DNA from: a virus
Reading direction: 5' to 3' (one strand)
IMG/VR virus record: IMGVR_UViG_3300042503_002645
Coordinates: 32,001-96,000 of that record
DNA length: 64,000 nt
In this document: positions 28,401 through 37,776 of the stretch, one piece after another
Layout: each line of letters begins with the position of its first letter
Position numbering within the stretch: the first letter of the stretch is position 1
The notes under the pieces: generated by a model
The model's database searches: none
What the model was told of the DNA's origin: nothing
The model's input: only the letters and a program-made list of their open reading frames with translations
Position numbers and translations under genes: made by a program

Positions 28401-29001
28401 GCAAACAAAGGAGCTCCGCGAGCAGTACGCCAAGGCGCTGCAAGGGGACGCAGCGGCGTTGACCGCGCTCGAGAAAACCGAGTCCACAGATTCGATCACG
28501 CGGCTCAAGTCGCTGATCTCGGCGAAGACGGAAGCGGTCAAGGGCAACATCATGGCCGACGCGGGATTCCAGACCCGCTTCAGCACCGCCGACGACGCGC
28601 TCCAGCAACAGGAAGTCCAGAAGCGCGCCGAAGAGGTCACCAAGCAGAACAACGAGATCAAAGCGCGGGCCGCTGGCCGGGACCCCGCCGACGCAGCGCA
28701 GAAAGACACACCCGTTCCCGACGCCACGCAGCAGCTCGCCTCAGCGACACTGCAGGCCAGCACGGTGCAGCTCACGGCCCAGGCGGTCAACATGAACGCC
28801 GCCCCCGCCGTCGACGATGTCGCGTCTGGAACGCGGTCGCTCACGCCGTTGTCCGCCGTGGGTTCAGACGGGAACCAGCTCGTTGTGAACGGCACACTGA
28901 CCCTGGACAACATGCACCGAGCCGTGCTCGAGGTGGTGGGCGACAAGCCGCTGGAGACGCCGGACGGTCCGCCGATCATGAACGCACACGTTTACGGTTG
29001 A
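25483..29001 (+). CDS. Tape measure protein (1172 aa)
   Basis: Long Ala/Met/Gln-rich helical protein after the chaperones and before the baseplate genes. Confidence 0.75.
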   Translation: MPNPLDPFSGGMFRVPHYGPGQSASMMQDPMSTMIMLFGMPILQQQLGGRDKFLPHLTPNQALMDQFMASQYQRANMNATLAASQAGQAAVSNRVAGLMSMMTGQPVTPLNREQSDNIAGVINNPVVKMVLGQMIGPDNLEAVMFGRHGDPSALAGAVGRTGFFRQDPMGGQRMTAKSLEEFTKSIHANLYGEGADVDQMRGFMAGQAGQMFENLFQRGMLPQSIGALTPAERVRAIGDEARRDDATMNRLAEEMARTELMQSTELFDGRRFDEVTEQERKTILEGRLPTYRGRVDDTMRKIDEFRNNDPRASSVEDIEKSAGFDSLARNVDGVKAANKVKEFAGAVSAVREIFGDNGNPNAPMPALLAALDQLTQGTMAQMSTGKVENTLRQMRLAAKDAGIGMEQLMGMSGEISAYGDTLGIARPISLQNTVNAALMTQAMRQAGSFDKPVFGRMDQATASREAAMRIQQGDASGVGKTLASMARAVAENPTQYAGTEVEALVSAYNNGQETYNFDGKTVNLAQLAGVGGAPALAELFTRPENKGNMATLEMFSYDQTTQRYMKPGYAVLAQRFQLQRDMANSNLGGAIMDLVDAKGFENVAAGLGIPLTDPDAERFGFGKMFASGLADVILSETGNMNPEERVDYLMKDNRVGRMLEQQFVAAGYTPDEAKRRAEASMPLVIGNTPEEQRDRLGRFLSAADVDAQAITGRSLAANAQMQSPAVQANYVRNQQRSEARSERYRAMAMGNESSLLQRVFEEVDKVSQGETFSLERVANVLSVAGMEQKYAAGIAAGLESAYGERAKLFVSKPEVDDLKARAEKGDQAAIKQLKFMTGVKDGTEVVSADDISTKLGLKSNEEINDIYKRLVDAGETDTAKQITALSTAAGIENVAGVLDPDKDQITQAQLSNLAEGTVGRVFKGSTVEEQRASRDRAREIETYTNAVYNAAGLETAAGSLATEAASARKLSEPQTKELREQYAKALQGDAAALTALEKTESTDSITRLKSLISAKTEAVKGNIMADAGFQTRFSTADDALQQQEVQKRAEEVTKQNNEIKARAAGRDPADAAQKDTPVPDATQQLASATLQASTVQLTAQAVNMNAAPAVDDVASGTRSLTPLSAVGSDGNQLVVNGTLTLDNMHRAVLEVVGDKPLETPDGPPIMNAHVYG

Positions 29002-29018
29002 CCGGGGAGTAAATCTAC

Positions 29019-29570
29019 ATGGCTACTAGCGTATTCTCTCCGCGCACCGGCGCCGTCGTGAAGGTGAAGCCGGACGCGTCGACCACGGGGGTCTTCACGA
29101 TCACCGTGAACGGCGCCCCGCTCACGCTGCCGGTTACGGGCTTCGCGCTCGACATGAACACCAACCACCAGTTCCTGCACACGCTCAACGACTTCATTTA
29201 CGTTCATGTGTTCGGCGAGCGAATCGGGGAGCTGACCGTGTCGGGCATGTGCTTCATGGGCGACACCTGCAACAACCCCGAGCTGTCGGTGAAGAGCGCG
29301 CTGACGCAGTACAACCAGTACCGGCTCTCGAAGACCAAGCGCGGCTATCCGATCGCGCTCTCTGACGCGGGCACGTTTTGGGGCTTTCTGACCGGCATGC
29401 GCATCGACTCGGCTCGGCCCGACCTGATGATGGCGCAGTGGTCCATGCGGTTCCACGTCATCCAGAACAACAGCGGACCTATTTCCAGCCTCAACATGTG
29501 GCGCCCGCCGTCTTCAAACTACATGAACACGTTCCCGGGCGGCTTCCTGGACGGCCCCGTGCTTACCTAG
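29019..29570 (+). CDS. Putative tube initiator / baseplate tube-like protein
   Basis: Follows the tape measure; tube-like beta pattern (YVHVFGERIGELTVSG). Confidence 0.5.
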   Translation: MATSVFSPRTGAVVKVKPDASTTGVFTITVNGAPLTLPVTGFALDMNTNHQFLHTLNDFIYVHVFGERIGELTVSGMCFMGDTCNNPELSVKSALTQYNQYRLSKTKRGYPIALSDAGTFWGFLTGMRIDSARPDLMMAQWSMRFHVIQNNSGPISSLNMWRPPSSNYMNTFPGGFLDGPVLT

Positions 29571-29583
29571 TCGGATTGCTGCC

Positions 29584-30387
29584 ATGATCAACCACGCACG
29601 CACCCTGTTGCTGAACGTACCCGGCGCGACGAGCAGCCACGCTGCCGTCGGCGAGGAGTACATTCCGCCGACGTACGCGCCGCTCCAGGAGCCGTCCTAC
29701 ACCCAGGCCGTGCGCCGCACGCTGCTTGGGACGTCGCCGGACCGGTACTTCCTGAACTTCCGTGCGCGGGAGCTGATGCATAACATTCACCAGACGGAGC
29801 TGGCCGAGTACGTCTACGCGCTGGACCCACGGGTGACGTACTGGCCGGAGGTGGACACGCCTTTCCTGGGCGCCGGGTCAAAGATATCTATTGCACGCGT
29901 CGCCGGGGCAGGCAACAGCCGCTTGGTCGTCGTGGGCCAGCCAGTTGCCGACAACGGCCGCGGTCGGGCGCTGCGCGAGTACGATGTCGAGGTAGACGCG
30001 ACCAACCTGACTGTCTCGGCGGTGCTCCTCCGCGGCGAGCCACGCGCGGCTGAAACCGCGCCGCTGGCCACGGTCGACGGTATGTCGGCGCCGGTGCGCG
30101 CACCGCGCAGCCAGCTTTCCGTTAAAGTGGCATTGCCCGAGACTGGCGACCGCTGGCGGTTGACTGCGCTGGCCCGGCCCGAGCCCGCGATCACCACGCT
30201 ACTACCGATCCTGGAAATTCTGGGCGAATCGGTGTTTCTTGGGTTGTTCGGCGTCGGTAACGCTGAGCCGTACAACACCTTCAAAAACCTGTGGCTCGAC
30301 CACCCCGATCCAGCGTACCGGTTGGGCGGTCTGACCATGGCGTTGATTTACCGCACGAACGACATCAGGAACGGTATCAATGTCTAG
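29584..30387 (+). CDS. Hypothetical baseplate-region protein (267 aa)
   Basis: Clean ORF in the tail operon. Confidence 0.65.
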   Translation: MINHARTLLLNVPGATSSHAAVGEEYIPPTYAPLQEPSYTQAVRRTLLGTSPDRYFLNFRARELMHNIHQTELAEYVYALDPRVTYWPEVDTPFLGAGSKISIARVAGAGNSRLVVVGQPVADNGRGRALREYDVEVDATNLTVSAVLLRGEPRAAETAPLATVDGMSAPVRAPRSQLSVKVALPETGDRWRLTALARPEPAITTLLPILEILGESVFLGLFGVGNAEPYNTFKNLWLDHPDPAYRLGGLTMALIYRTNDIRNGINV

Positions 30388-32047
30388 CCCGCCGTATGTC
30401 ACCAGTAGCTTCGCGATCAAGGCCGAGTTCACCACCGAAAGCGGCGTGGTTGAGTTTCGGGACATCCTCTCGTTCTCGGGCTCGTATGGCTTGAACACCG
30501 TGCCCGTCGCCACCCTGGTTGTCGCGACCGGCCGCGAGGCCAAGCAGAGCGGCAAGCTGGCCACGATTCACACGGCGCGCGACCAGCTGCGCCCGGGCGA
30601 CGAGGTCAAGGTCACGCTGACGATCACCGAGCACGACGGCCAGACTGGGCGCATGGACCAGGGCACGTACGTGATCTTCGAGGGCAAGTACGCCGGGATA
30701 GGCTACCAGCGGAGCTACAACCACGCGAACTACGTGCTGCACCTGGTTCACTGGCTCGACAACCTCAACCAGGGGTCGATGATCAACGGCAACTGGTTTC
30801 CCGGCGCGCCGTATGACATGGCTCAGAACGGCCTGTACATCGGCCTGGGACCGGTGCGCGAAGGCGCGGCGGGAGCTGAAAAGGGGCACCCGGTTCCGAA
30901 GATCGACACTGAGGGCAAGCTGATCAACCTCACAACGGTGCAGGAAGACCTGTGGGGCCAGGCTCTGCGGCCTGTGTTTGAGAAAATCGCCAAATGGCCG
31001 ACGCCGCGCTATCAGGATTCCGAACGCACGCAGAACGAGGAAGACAACAAGTATGTGCTGGCCGCGTTGAGCCGGATGCCGGGCAAGGGAGCGCAGTACT
31101 ACACGCCGTTGAAGCTCGATCTGTCGGGCATCCGATCCAAGAACACCGTAGAGGCCATCAAGTCCGCGCTGACCAAAGACGCGCTGGACTCGTTCGCCTA
31201 CACCACGTTTTGGAACAAGCTCGTCGGTGACTACGCGCCGCAGTTCTACTTTGCCATTTCACCGGCGGCCGAGTTCGCGCTCCCCGTGCCGTTCTTCGCT
31301 GGCCTTAAGACGCCCTACAAGACCATCAAGGCAAGCGAGTACAGTTACTCGAATTTTAATGCCAGCCAGGTCAGCGTGCTGGAGTCAGTGGATATCTTCT
31401 ACTCCGTTAACGGTGACACAGGACTCTTCGCAGGTGCCCCGCTGCCCGGCGCCCAGCAGCCGTCGTACAAACTCGTTCCGGGCTTTTATCCGCCGCGCGA
31501 TTTGCAGAAGAAGAACAAGCGCCGCGGCCTTAAGCTCATCAAAGAGCCGCCCACGTGGATGACAAACCTTTTGGCGGGCCCGGCCTTCGCCGGGCGCGCG
31601 AGCGGTGTTGGCGCGCCGGGCAAGTGCGTCTGCTCGCCAGCCGCGGGCAACACACAAATGCCCGCAGGGTTTGTCGGCGCAGGCGCGGTGCAGGTCGAAG
31701 TGCAGCAAAGCCAGGCCCTCACCCGGTTTGCCGAGCACTGGTACAAGACCGAGGTCCTATACCAGCGCCAGGGTGAGATGTCCGGCAAGCTGCGGTTCGA
31801 CATCGCGCCAGGCAGCGTCGTCGGCATCGAAACCGCCGACTACGACCTCGGCATGTACGACACGCTTTTCGCCACCGTGACGCAGGTTTCATACGCGATC
31901 AACGCCGAGCAAGCGACAGCGGGTACGAGCTTTTCTCTGGCGCACATCCGCTCGAGCAAAGAAAACGAAGAAGAGACGCTTGTTTCAGACCGCCCGCCCA
32001 TGTATCTCAGCCCGTGGAAGGGCGCACCGCTCGCTATCAGGACGTGA
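30380..32047 (+). CDS. Putative baseplate hub protein (gp27/GpD-like)
   Basis: VIFEGKY near the N-terminus; C-terminal GKLRFDIAPGSVV...VTQVSYAI hub signature. Confidence 0.6.
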   Translation: MSSPPYVTSSFAIKAEFTTESGVVEFRDILSFSGSYGLNTVPVATLVVATGREAKQSGKLATIHTARDQLRPGDEVKVTLTITEHDGQTGRMDQGTYVIFEGKYAGIGYQRSYNHANYVLHLVHWLDNLNQGSMINGNWFPGAPYDMAQNGLYIGLGPVREGAAGAEKGHPVPKIDTEGKLINLTTVQEDLWGQALRPVFEKIAKWPTPRYQDSERTQNEEDNKYVLAALSRMPGKGAQYYTPLKLDLSGIRSKNTVEAIKSALTKDALDSFAYTTFWNKLVGDYAPQFYFAISPAAEFALPVPFFAGLKTPYKTIKASEYSYSNFNASQVSVLESVDIFYSVNGDTGLFAGAPLPGAQQPSYKLVPGFYPPRDLQKKNKRRGLKLIKEPPTWMTNLLAGPAFAGRASGVGAPGKCVCSPAAGNTQMPAGFVGAGAVQVEVQQSQALTRFAEHWYKTEVLYQRQGEMSGKLRFDIAPGSVVGIETADYDLGMYDTLFATVTQVSYAINAEQATAGTSFSLAHIRSSKENEEETLVSDRPPMYLSPWKGAPLAIRT

Positions 32048-32051
32048 CGAT

Positions 32052-32864
32052 ATGCCCAATCAAAAGCAACCCGGAATGCCGTCTATTCTCGACGACACGC
32101 CTATGCCGTTTTCGGCTCCTCCGCGGCCGCAGGGCGTTGGCGAGGACTTCGACGCCACGTTCAAGCAGTGGCAGCAGGACCGCACGCCAGAGAACAACAC
32201 GCGGCTGCTCAAAAGCGTGCATCCTGTGATCGAGACCGCGCTGACGAGCTATGCCGGTGGTAACACCAGCCCGACGATGCGCAGCCGCGCCCGGCTCATG
32301 GCACTGAAGGCCATGGAGAACTACGACCCGCAGCGCGGCAACGTCCGCACGCACTTGCTGAGCCAGCTGCAAAGCTTGCGGCGGCTGTCCGCGCAGTCCC
32401 AGAACATCATCTCGATTCCTGAGCAGGTTGGCTTGGACTACCAGCGGCTGCTGGAAAGCGAAAACGAGTTGCGCGATCGGCTGGGCCGCAACCCATCGGA
32501 CGACGAGCTGGCAGATCACACGATGTTGTCCCGGCGCCGGATCCGAAAGATTCGCGGTTTTCGCCCGCCGCTCGCCGAAGGCGCCACCGTCATCGAGAGC
32601 GGCGATGAGGGGAATGACGGCAGCGTTGCCAGCACAATTCCCGGCAGCACCCGGGCGGCCGACGCGTGGATGGATTTCGTCCATGATGATTTGAGCCCCA
32701 TCGACAAGCTCATCATGGACATGACGCTGGGCCGTAACGGCCGGGCCCGCGCCAGCACCCAGGAAATCGCCCAGCGGCTGAACATCACGCCGGGCGCGGT
32801 CAGCCAGCGCGCCGCTAAGATCCAGGCGCTGCTCGACAAGCGGTACACGCAGGGAGGATTCTGA
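32052..32864 (+). CDS. Phage sigma-70-family factor (group 3, FliA/SigB-like)
   Basis: Region 2 ALKAMENYDPQRG, region 3 LGRNPSDDELAD, region 4 HTH STQEIAQRLNITPGAVSQR. Confidence 0.85.
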   Translation: MPNQKQPGMPSILDDTPMPFSAPPRPQGVGEDFDATFKQWQQDRTPENNTRLLKSVHPVIETALTSYAGGNTSPTMRSRARLMALKAMENYDPQRGNVRTHLLSQLQSLRRLSAQSQNIISIPEQVGLDYQRLLESENELRDRLGRNPSDDELADHTMLSRRRIRKIRGFRPPLAEGATVIESGDEGNDGSVASTIPGSTRAADAWMDFVHDDLSPIDKLIMDMTLGRNGRARASTQEIAQRLNITPGAVSQRAAKIQALLDKRYTQGGF

Positions 32865-33355
32865 TGGCACACGGGCAGCCCAAGGGCGTCGTTGACGCGG
32901 CGTTCGAAGAGCGCATCAAGGACCTGGAAGCGTACGCCAGGAACTGCGCCGAGCAGTTCAAGACGTGGGAGGACCCGCGCCCGTGGGCCGTGCCCGAGCA
33001 ACTCAAGGACCGCGACCTGTTGGACGTTCCCAGCCTGCACGAGCCGTGTTGGAACCGTAACAACATCAACGAACTGTACTCTGAACAGGTGCTGAGTGAT
33101 TACGGAGCAGAAAGCGGCACGGTCGGCGACCTGATCGCGATGAAGTGGCAAGCTGACTTTATGGCCGTAGAAGAGCGCGCCTTTAGATTGCGCCACGCGT
33201 CACTCCCGCGGTGCGCGGCGGTGGCGCATGGGCGCATGGACGGGCACGGGATCACTGAACACGGCATTTTCTCGAATCTTCGGCGCGCGGTGCAGGCTTA
33301 CATCGACGCGGGACGCGCGAACGCGGCTCCCGGCGCTAACGACGACTACGCATGA
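32864..33355 (+). CDS. Hypothetical protein (163 aa)
   Basis: TGATG coupling and GGAGG RBS. Confidence 0.65.
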   Translation: MAHGQPKGVVDAAFEERIKDLEAYARNCAEQFKTWEDPRPWAVPEQLKDRDLLDVPSLHEPCWNRNNINELYSEQVLSDYGAESGTVGDLIAMKWQADFMAVEERAFRLRHASLPRCAAVAHGRMDGHGITEHGIFSNLRRAVQAYIDAGRANAAPGANDDYA

Positions 33356-33831
33356 GGTTGACCATGGGCGTTGCCGACTACGCAGACCGCAAGTACGACT
33401 ACCTGGCTTTTCGTGACGTGAAGCCGCTGGGCGACCAGCGGCTGGGGCTGGAGCTCTACAACAAGAACACGAGCGGCCAGATCGCTACGGGTATTCAAAA
33501 GCTCGCGCAGCGGTGGGCGCTCGAGTTCCTCACTGAGCGCGGCTCGATGCCGGGGCTGCCGGAGCGCGGGTCTGACTTCATGCTGGCTGTGCGGCGGGGT
33601 TATCTCCGCAGCGAATTGGACGTGATTACTACGTTCAACACGGCCAATTTGTACATGACGCGCGCGCTGCGCAACGAAGAATACGAGGGCATGCCGGATG
33701 ACGAGCGCTTCGATTACGCCGAGATCCGGAGCGTGGAATTCCTACCCGGATACATGAACCTAACTGTTATGATCAACAGCGTCGCAGGCGAGTCGCGCGC
33801 CGCAATTCTCCCCATTGAAACACTGGTGTAG
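33352..33831 (+). CDS. Baseplate wedge protein, gp25/W-like
   Basis: GIQKLAQRWALEFLTERGS...P.RGS. Directly precedes the J-like gene; start may be 33364. Confidence 0.65.
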   Translation: MRLTMGVADYADRKYDYLAFRDVKPLGDQRLGLELYNKNTSGQIATGIQKLAQRWALEFLTERGSMPGLPERGSDFMLAVRRGYLRSELDVITTFNTANLYMTRALRNEEYEGMPDDERFDYAEIRSVEFLPGYMNLTVMINSVAGESRAAILPIETLV

Positions 33832-33839
33832 GTGCTTTT

Positions 33840-35483
33840 ATGGCCCTGGAAATCGGCAGCCTGTCGGAGCTGAATGCAGCGCAGGTCGACGCGATGTTTG
33901 CGACGTTCACGCAGCTCATGAAGGAGCGCCATCCCGAGGTCGAGTTGACCCGCGGCGTGTTCCATGACCTGGTCGTTTACTTCAATGCTGTCCTGAATGC
34001 CTCGGTCCGCGAGAACATTTCCCGGGTGCTGGCCAGCAACAGCCTGCTGGCTATCTCCAGTAACCCGGAGCTGGCCGACGATGCCTTGGTGGACAAGGTG
34101 CTCTCCAACTACAACCTGGCCCGCGACGCCGGAGCGCAGGCCGTGGGAGAGGCCACGCTGGTGTTTAACCTGAACACGCAGACTTCGATCTCGGCCGCCA
34201 CGGTATTTTCCGCGGACGGCATTCAGTTTCAGCCTACGCAGACGTTCACCGCCCTGCCGACCGGTTCGATCGCCGCGGACGACAGCCAGCGGGTGATGAT
34301 CCCGGCGGGCGACGGATCATACGTCATCAACATCCTAATGCGTGCCGTCTCGGTGGGGACGGCCGGTAACATCCGCCGCGGCACGAAGCTCATTCCTGAC
34401 AACATCATTAACAACACCACGCAGGCGTTCGCGGCCACGGACTTCGTGAACGGCGCCGAGCCGCTCACCAATGTCGAGTACATCAGCAAGCTCTCGGCGG
34501 GCCTGGCCTCCAAGGCGATCGGCGGTCGGCAGAACTACATCGCGCAGATCCGAAACCAGGCCGCGTTCACGAACATCCCCCATCTGTCGATCATCGGCTG
34601 CGGTGACCCTGAGCAGCAGCGGGATCAGCACAGCCTGTTCCCCATCTCCGGCGGCGGCAAGATCGACATTTACACGCAGACGCATTCCGCCGCCCAGGAA
34701 CGCGAGCATCTGCGCGAGGCGGTGTACGTCGGCCCGGGCACAAACGGCACGATCTGGCAGGTCGTGCTGGGACGTGACGCCGCGCCGGGTTTCTACGAAG
34801 TCGTGCGCGTGGCCAAGCCGCTCGCCACCGCGGACACCGGTTACGCCGTGGTGCAGGACTCCCGCAACTTTGACCTGACGGACCTGGACTTTGTGCCAGA
34901 TATCGTCAGCGTCGCGGAGGGCGCCTACACCCGTTACCAGACGGCCGTGATTCGCTTCGAGGACACGGACACGCTTCCCGGGACGCTCGTTCCCCAGGTG
35001 AGCCGCGCGTTCTACTCCGTAACGACCGCAGGCCTGCCGCTCATCAACGAGCTACAGGATTACCTGGCTGACCGGGACGTGCGCAGCCGTGCCGCCGACG
35101 TGCTGGTCAGGGCGGCCGTTCCCTGCTTCACAAAGATATCTTTCGAAATCCGCAAGGCCGCGAACGACCCGGCCATCGACACAGCGCCCATCAAAACCGC
35201 CCTGGTGGCGGCTATCCGCGAGGTCGGCTTCACCGGCCAGCTCCACGCGTCGACCATCTCGAGCGTCGTGCACCGGTACCTTACAGGCCGGGCGGCGCTG
35301 GGGGCGATCGACATGTTCGGCCGCATCCGGCGCCCTGACGGCACAACGCAGTACGTCCGCGACAACACCCTGCTGCAGATTCCCGACGACCCGGCCCGCC
35401 TGGTGACGGGGCGCACGACGGCGTTCCTGGTGGGCGAAGACGACATCACGATTTCCTTTGTCGCCGCGGGCTTCACGAACTGA
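33840..35483 (+). CDS. Baseplate J-like wedge protein
   Basis: RDAGAQAVGEATL, GTAGNI, FVNGAEP and GGKIDIY motifs. Confidence 0.78.
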   Translation: MALEIGSLSELNAAQVDAMFATFTQLMKERHPEVELTRGVFHDLVVYFNAVLNASVRENISRVLASNSLLAISSNPELADDALVDKVLSNYNLARDAGAQAVGEATLVFNLNTQTSISAATVFSADGIQFQPTQTFTALPTGSIAADDSQRVMIPAGDGSYVINILMRAVSVGTAGNIRRGTKLIPDNIINNTTQAFAATDFVNGAEPLTNVEYISKLSAGLASKAIGGRQNYIAQIRNQAAFTNIPHLSIIGCGDPEQQRDQHSLFPISGGGKIDIYTQTHSAAQEREHLREAVYVGPGTNGTIWQVVLGRDAAPGFYEVVRVAKPLATADTGYAVVQDSRNFDLTDLDFVPDIVSVAEGAYTRYQTAVIRFEDTDTLPGTLVPQVSRAFYSVTTAGLPLINELQDYLADRDVRSRAADVLVRAAVPCFTKISFEIRKAANDPAIDTAPIKTALVAAIREVGFTGQLHASTISSVVHRYLTGRAALGAIDMFGRIRRPDGTTQYVRDNTLLQIPDDPARLVTGRTTAFLVGEDDITISFVAAGFTN

Positions 35484-35493
35484 CAGGTGACTG

Positions 35494-37071
35494 ATGGCCG
35501 TATTCGTCTATCCGGGCTCCGACCTCGACCGTGCCAATGCTCTGCTGGCCGTGCTGGGCAGTTTCTGGGCGCGCACCTACGCCGCGAGCGACCAGGTGCG
35601 TTCTTACACAACCGCAACAGCGCAGTCTGTCGCGCAGTCGCACCGCAACCTGCTTGAGGTGGCGGCGGCGCTGAGCCGGTTTGAAGTGCCGCTCTATCAC
35701 ACCGAGAGCTGGGTGCCGATCGCGCTGCGCAAGAGCGAAATGAACGCGGGCCTGGTGGGCGCGGCGCGCTTCAACGATGGCCTGGTCACGTTCGACGACA
35801 ACAAGGCCCGCTTCGACCAGCCGATCGCGCGCGCTACATATGCTTTCCCGAAGCCAGAGAAGCTGGTCAGCGCGGCGCAGATGTTCAACAAGCTCGTCGT
35901 GCCCACGGTCGCCCTGTCCGAGAACGTCGACTTCTACATCGACGAGACCCGGTCGGCGATCGTGTTCACTGCCGACCCGTTTGAGCGGCCGGACTTTCTG
36001 CGGCGCATCATCTACGAAAACTCGCAGCCCGTTGACGAAGAGATCACGATCTGGGCGTTCCAGGGTCAATTTGATTACGAGTATGTGTTCAACCAGTTTG
36101 CGTACGCCCTGGGGATGCGGCTAAAGACCAGCCAGGGCTTCAAGAACCTGATGAACGCCGTGATCGATGGCCTGGTCAACGGCGGCGCCACGGCGCTCGA
36201 CCTGGACCTGGCGTTCTCGGCGATCTGTGGCATTCCGCTGGCCACGGAAACCGAGACGGTCGAGGTTTTACAGCGCGACGCCCACGGGATCTTCATCGCC
36301 ACCGACAAGCACGTTTACCGATTTCCGGACGACGCCGTGCCCGTGGTGGCCGCCGGAGATAGGGTCCGGGCTGGTTCGCCGTTGGTTGACGCGCTGACCG
36401 TCGTGCCGCTGACCGACGGAACTGTGCCTGTAAGCGTTTCCGCGCTGGCGCTCGACGGCGGCTATTTGGCAGCCTGCTTTTACGCGGACCTGGTGTTCGA
36501 AAACAAGGAGCTGCCGCTCGAGGTGCGCACAGACCACCCGAGCGGTTACACGTTCGTGCGGTTCCCGCTGGGCGGCTTCCCTGCGGACGCGGAACGCTTT
36601 TTTGACGAGCTGCACGCCCGAGGCGTTGCCGCCGCGCAGTTTGTGCCGGACCCATGTGACCGGAAAAACCGTAAGCTGGGGACGCTGGCGCACCTCCTTG
36701 ACCGGCGGGCCCAGCCCTCCGGCGAGCCCAACGCCAGCCACCTTCCGGCTACGATCAATCCGCTCCAGTTCATCGCAAAAAACATCCTGCGCAACAATGT
36801 CTTCCTCGTCCGTATCCGGGCGGGCGCGTTGGGGCAAAATCGGCTCGGCTTGTACAATATGAGGCACCTGCGGCAGCTTTTGCCGCCGCACTCGGCCATG
36901 ATCGTGATTTACGAGATCGGTGGGATCCGGGACAGCGTTAACGGCGAAGATAACGTGTCGTCCGGCGCAAGTACCTTTACCGGAGCCGAGCCGCTAACGG
37001 ACGCAGTGACCGAGGAAATGGTGCGGGACGTCGGAGCAACCGCGCGAGCACTGTCTGGAACGTGCCAATAA
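35494..37071 (+). CDS. Putative baseplate wedge protein (I/gp7-like)
   Basis: Follows J; C-terminal LRQLLPPH motif. Confidence 0.55.
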   Translation: MAVFVYPGSDLDRANALLAVLGSFWARTYAASDQVRSYTTATAQSVAQSHRNLLEVAAALSRFEVPLYHTESWVPIALRKSEMNAGLVGAARFNDGLVTFDDNKARFDQPIARATYAFPKPEKLVSAAQMFNKLVVPTVALSENVDFYIDETRSAIVFTADPFERPDFLRRIIYENSQPVDEEITIWAFQGQFDYEYVFNQFAYALGMRLKTSQGFKNLMNAVIDGLVNGGATALDLDLAFSAICGIPLATETETVEVLQRDAHGIFIATDKHVYRFPDDAVPVVAAGDRVRAGSPLVDALTVVPLTDGTVPVSVSALALDGGYLAACFYADLVFENKELPLEVRTDHPSGYTFVRFPLGGFPADAERFFDELHARGVAAAQFVPDPCDRKNRKLGTLAHLLDRRAQPSGEPNASHLPATINPLQFIAKNILRNNVFLVRIRAGALGQNRLGLYNMRHLRQLLPPHSAMIVIYEIGGIRDSVNGEDNVSSGASTFTGAEPLTDAVTEEMVRDVGATARALSGTCQ

Positions 37072-37080
37072 GGGAATGCC

Positions 37081-37728
37081 ATGGCCTGCGACAAGATTGG
37101 AGTTAACGGGTCCGGGGTGCGCGGGCGCGTCACGCTGTGGCGCGTCGACGAGGCGAGCGGCCTGCTGACGCCCCTGCACAGCCAGCGCAACCAGATCGTC
37201 CTGTCATGGGGCCACATCGCGGCGCGCCAGCTCGGGTTTCGGCCGGGCGCCGGTCGGCCCAGCTACCACATCTCGGCGATGTACATCGAGTACGAGAACG
37301 TGGGCGACCCGGAAGACCCGGCGACCGTGGCCGTTCTCAATTCCCGCGACTTCGACCCGGATTACTACTACGGGCAGCTGGTGAACAGCTCGACCCAGGG
37401 CTTCGTTCGCGTGCCGCTGCGAATCGAGCCGACGCTCGGTATCTCGGCGCAAACTGCCGATGATTACCCCGACTACTTCACAGACGGCGTGAACGGCAAC
37501 CAGCTCACGTTCTTTGCGCAGACCTCCAACGCCGAGGTGCAGAACGCTGTCCCTTTTGGCGCGGCTTACAACAGCAAAGTGTACGCCGCCGCCCTGGTCG
37601 CCACCCCTGCGGGCGACGACCACACCCAGGACGTTGTGTTCGCGCGGACGACTTTCGCGGAGGCCAACCAGGTCACCAAGGAAGCGTCCTCGCAGATCGG
37701 CATCTCCTGGGACGTCGCCTTCGAATAG
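37081..37728 (+). CDS. Putative fibre-attachment/collar protein
   Basis: RNQIV...G and VFART...K...ISWDVAF pattern, at the baseplate-fibre junction. Confidence 0.5.
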   Translation: MACDKIGVNGSGVRGRVTLWRVDEASGLLTPLHSQRNQIVLSWGHIAARQLGFRPGAGRPSYHISAMYIEYENVGDPEDPATVAVLNSRDFDPDYYYGQLVNSSTQGFVRVPLRIEPTLGISAQTADDYPDYFTDGVNGNQLTFFAQTSNAEVQNAVPFGAAYNSKVYAAALVATPAGDDHTQDVVFARTTFAEANQVTKEASSQIGISWDVAFE

Positions 37729-37762
37729 TCGCTCAATCACGCGGACGTGTGAAAGTCTGGGA

Positions 37763-37776
37763 GGACAGGGATGTCC
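37763..37776 (+). promoter_or_regulatory. CsrA/Rsm-type hairpin spanning the fibre start codon (GGAC-AGGGAT-GTCC)
   Basis: Perfect 4-bp stem; the ANGGAU loop includes the AT of ATG 37771. Confidence 0.55.
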
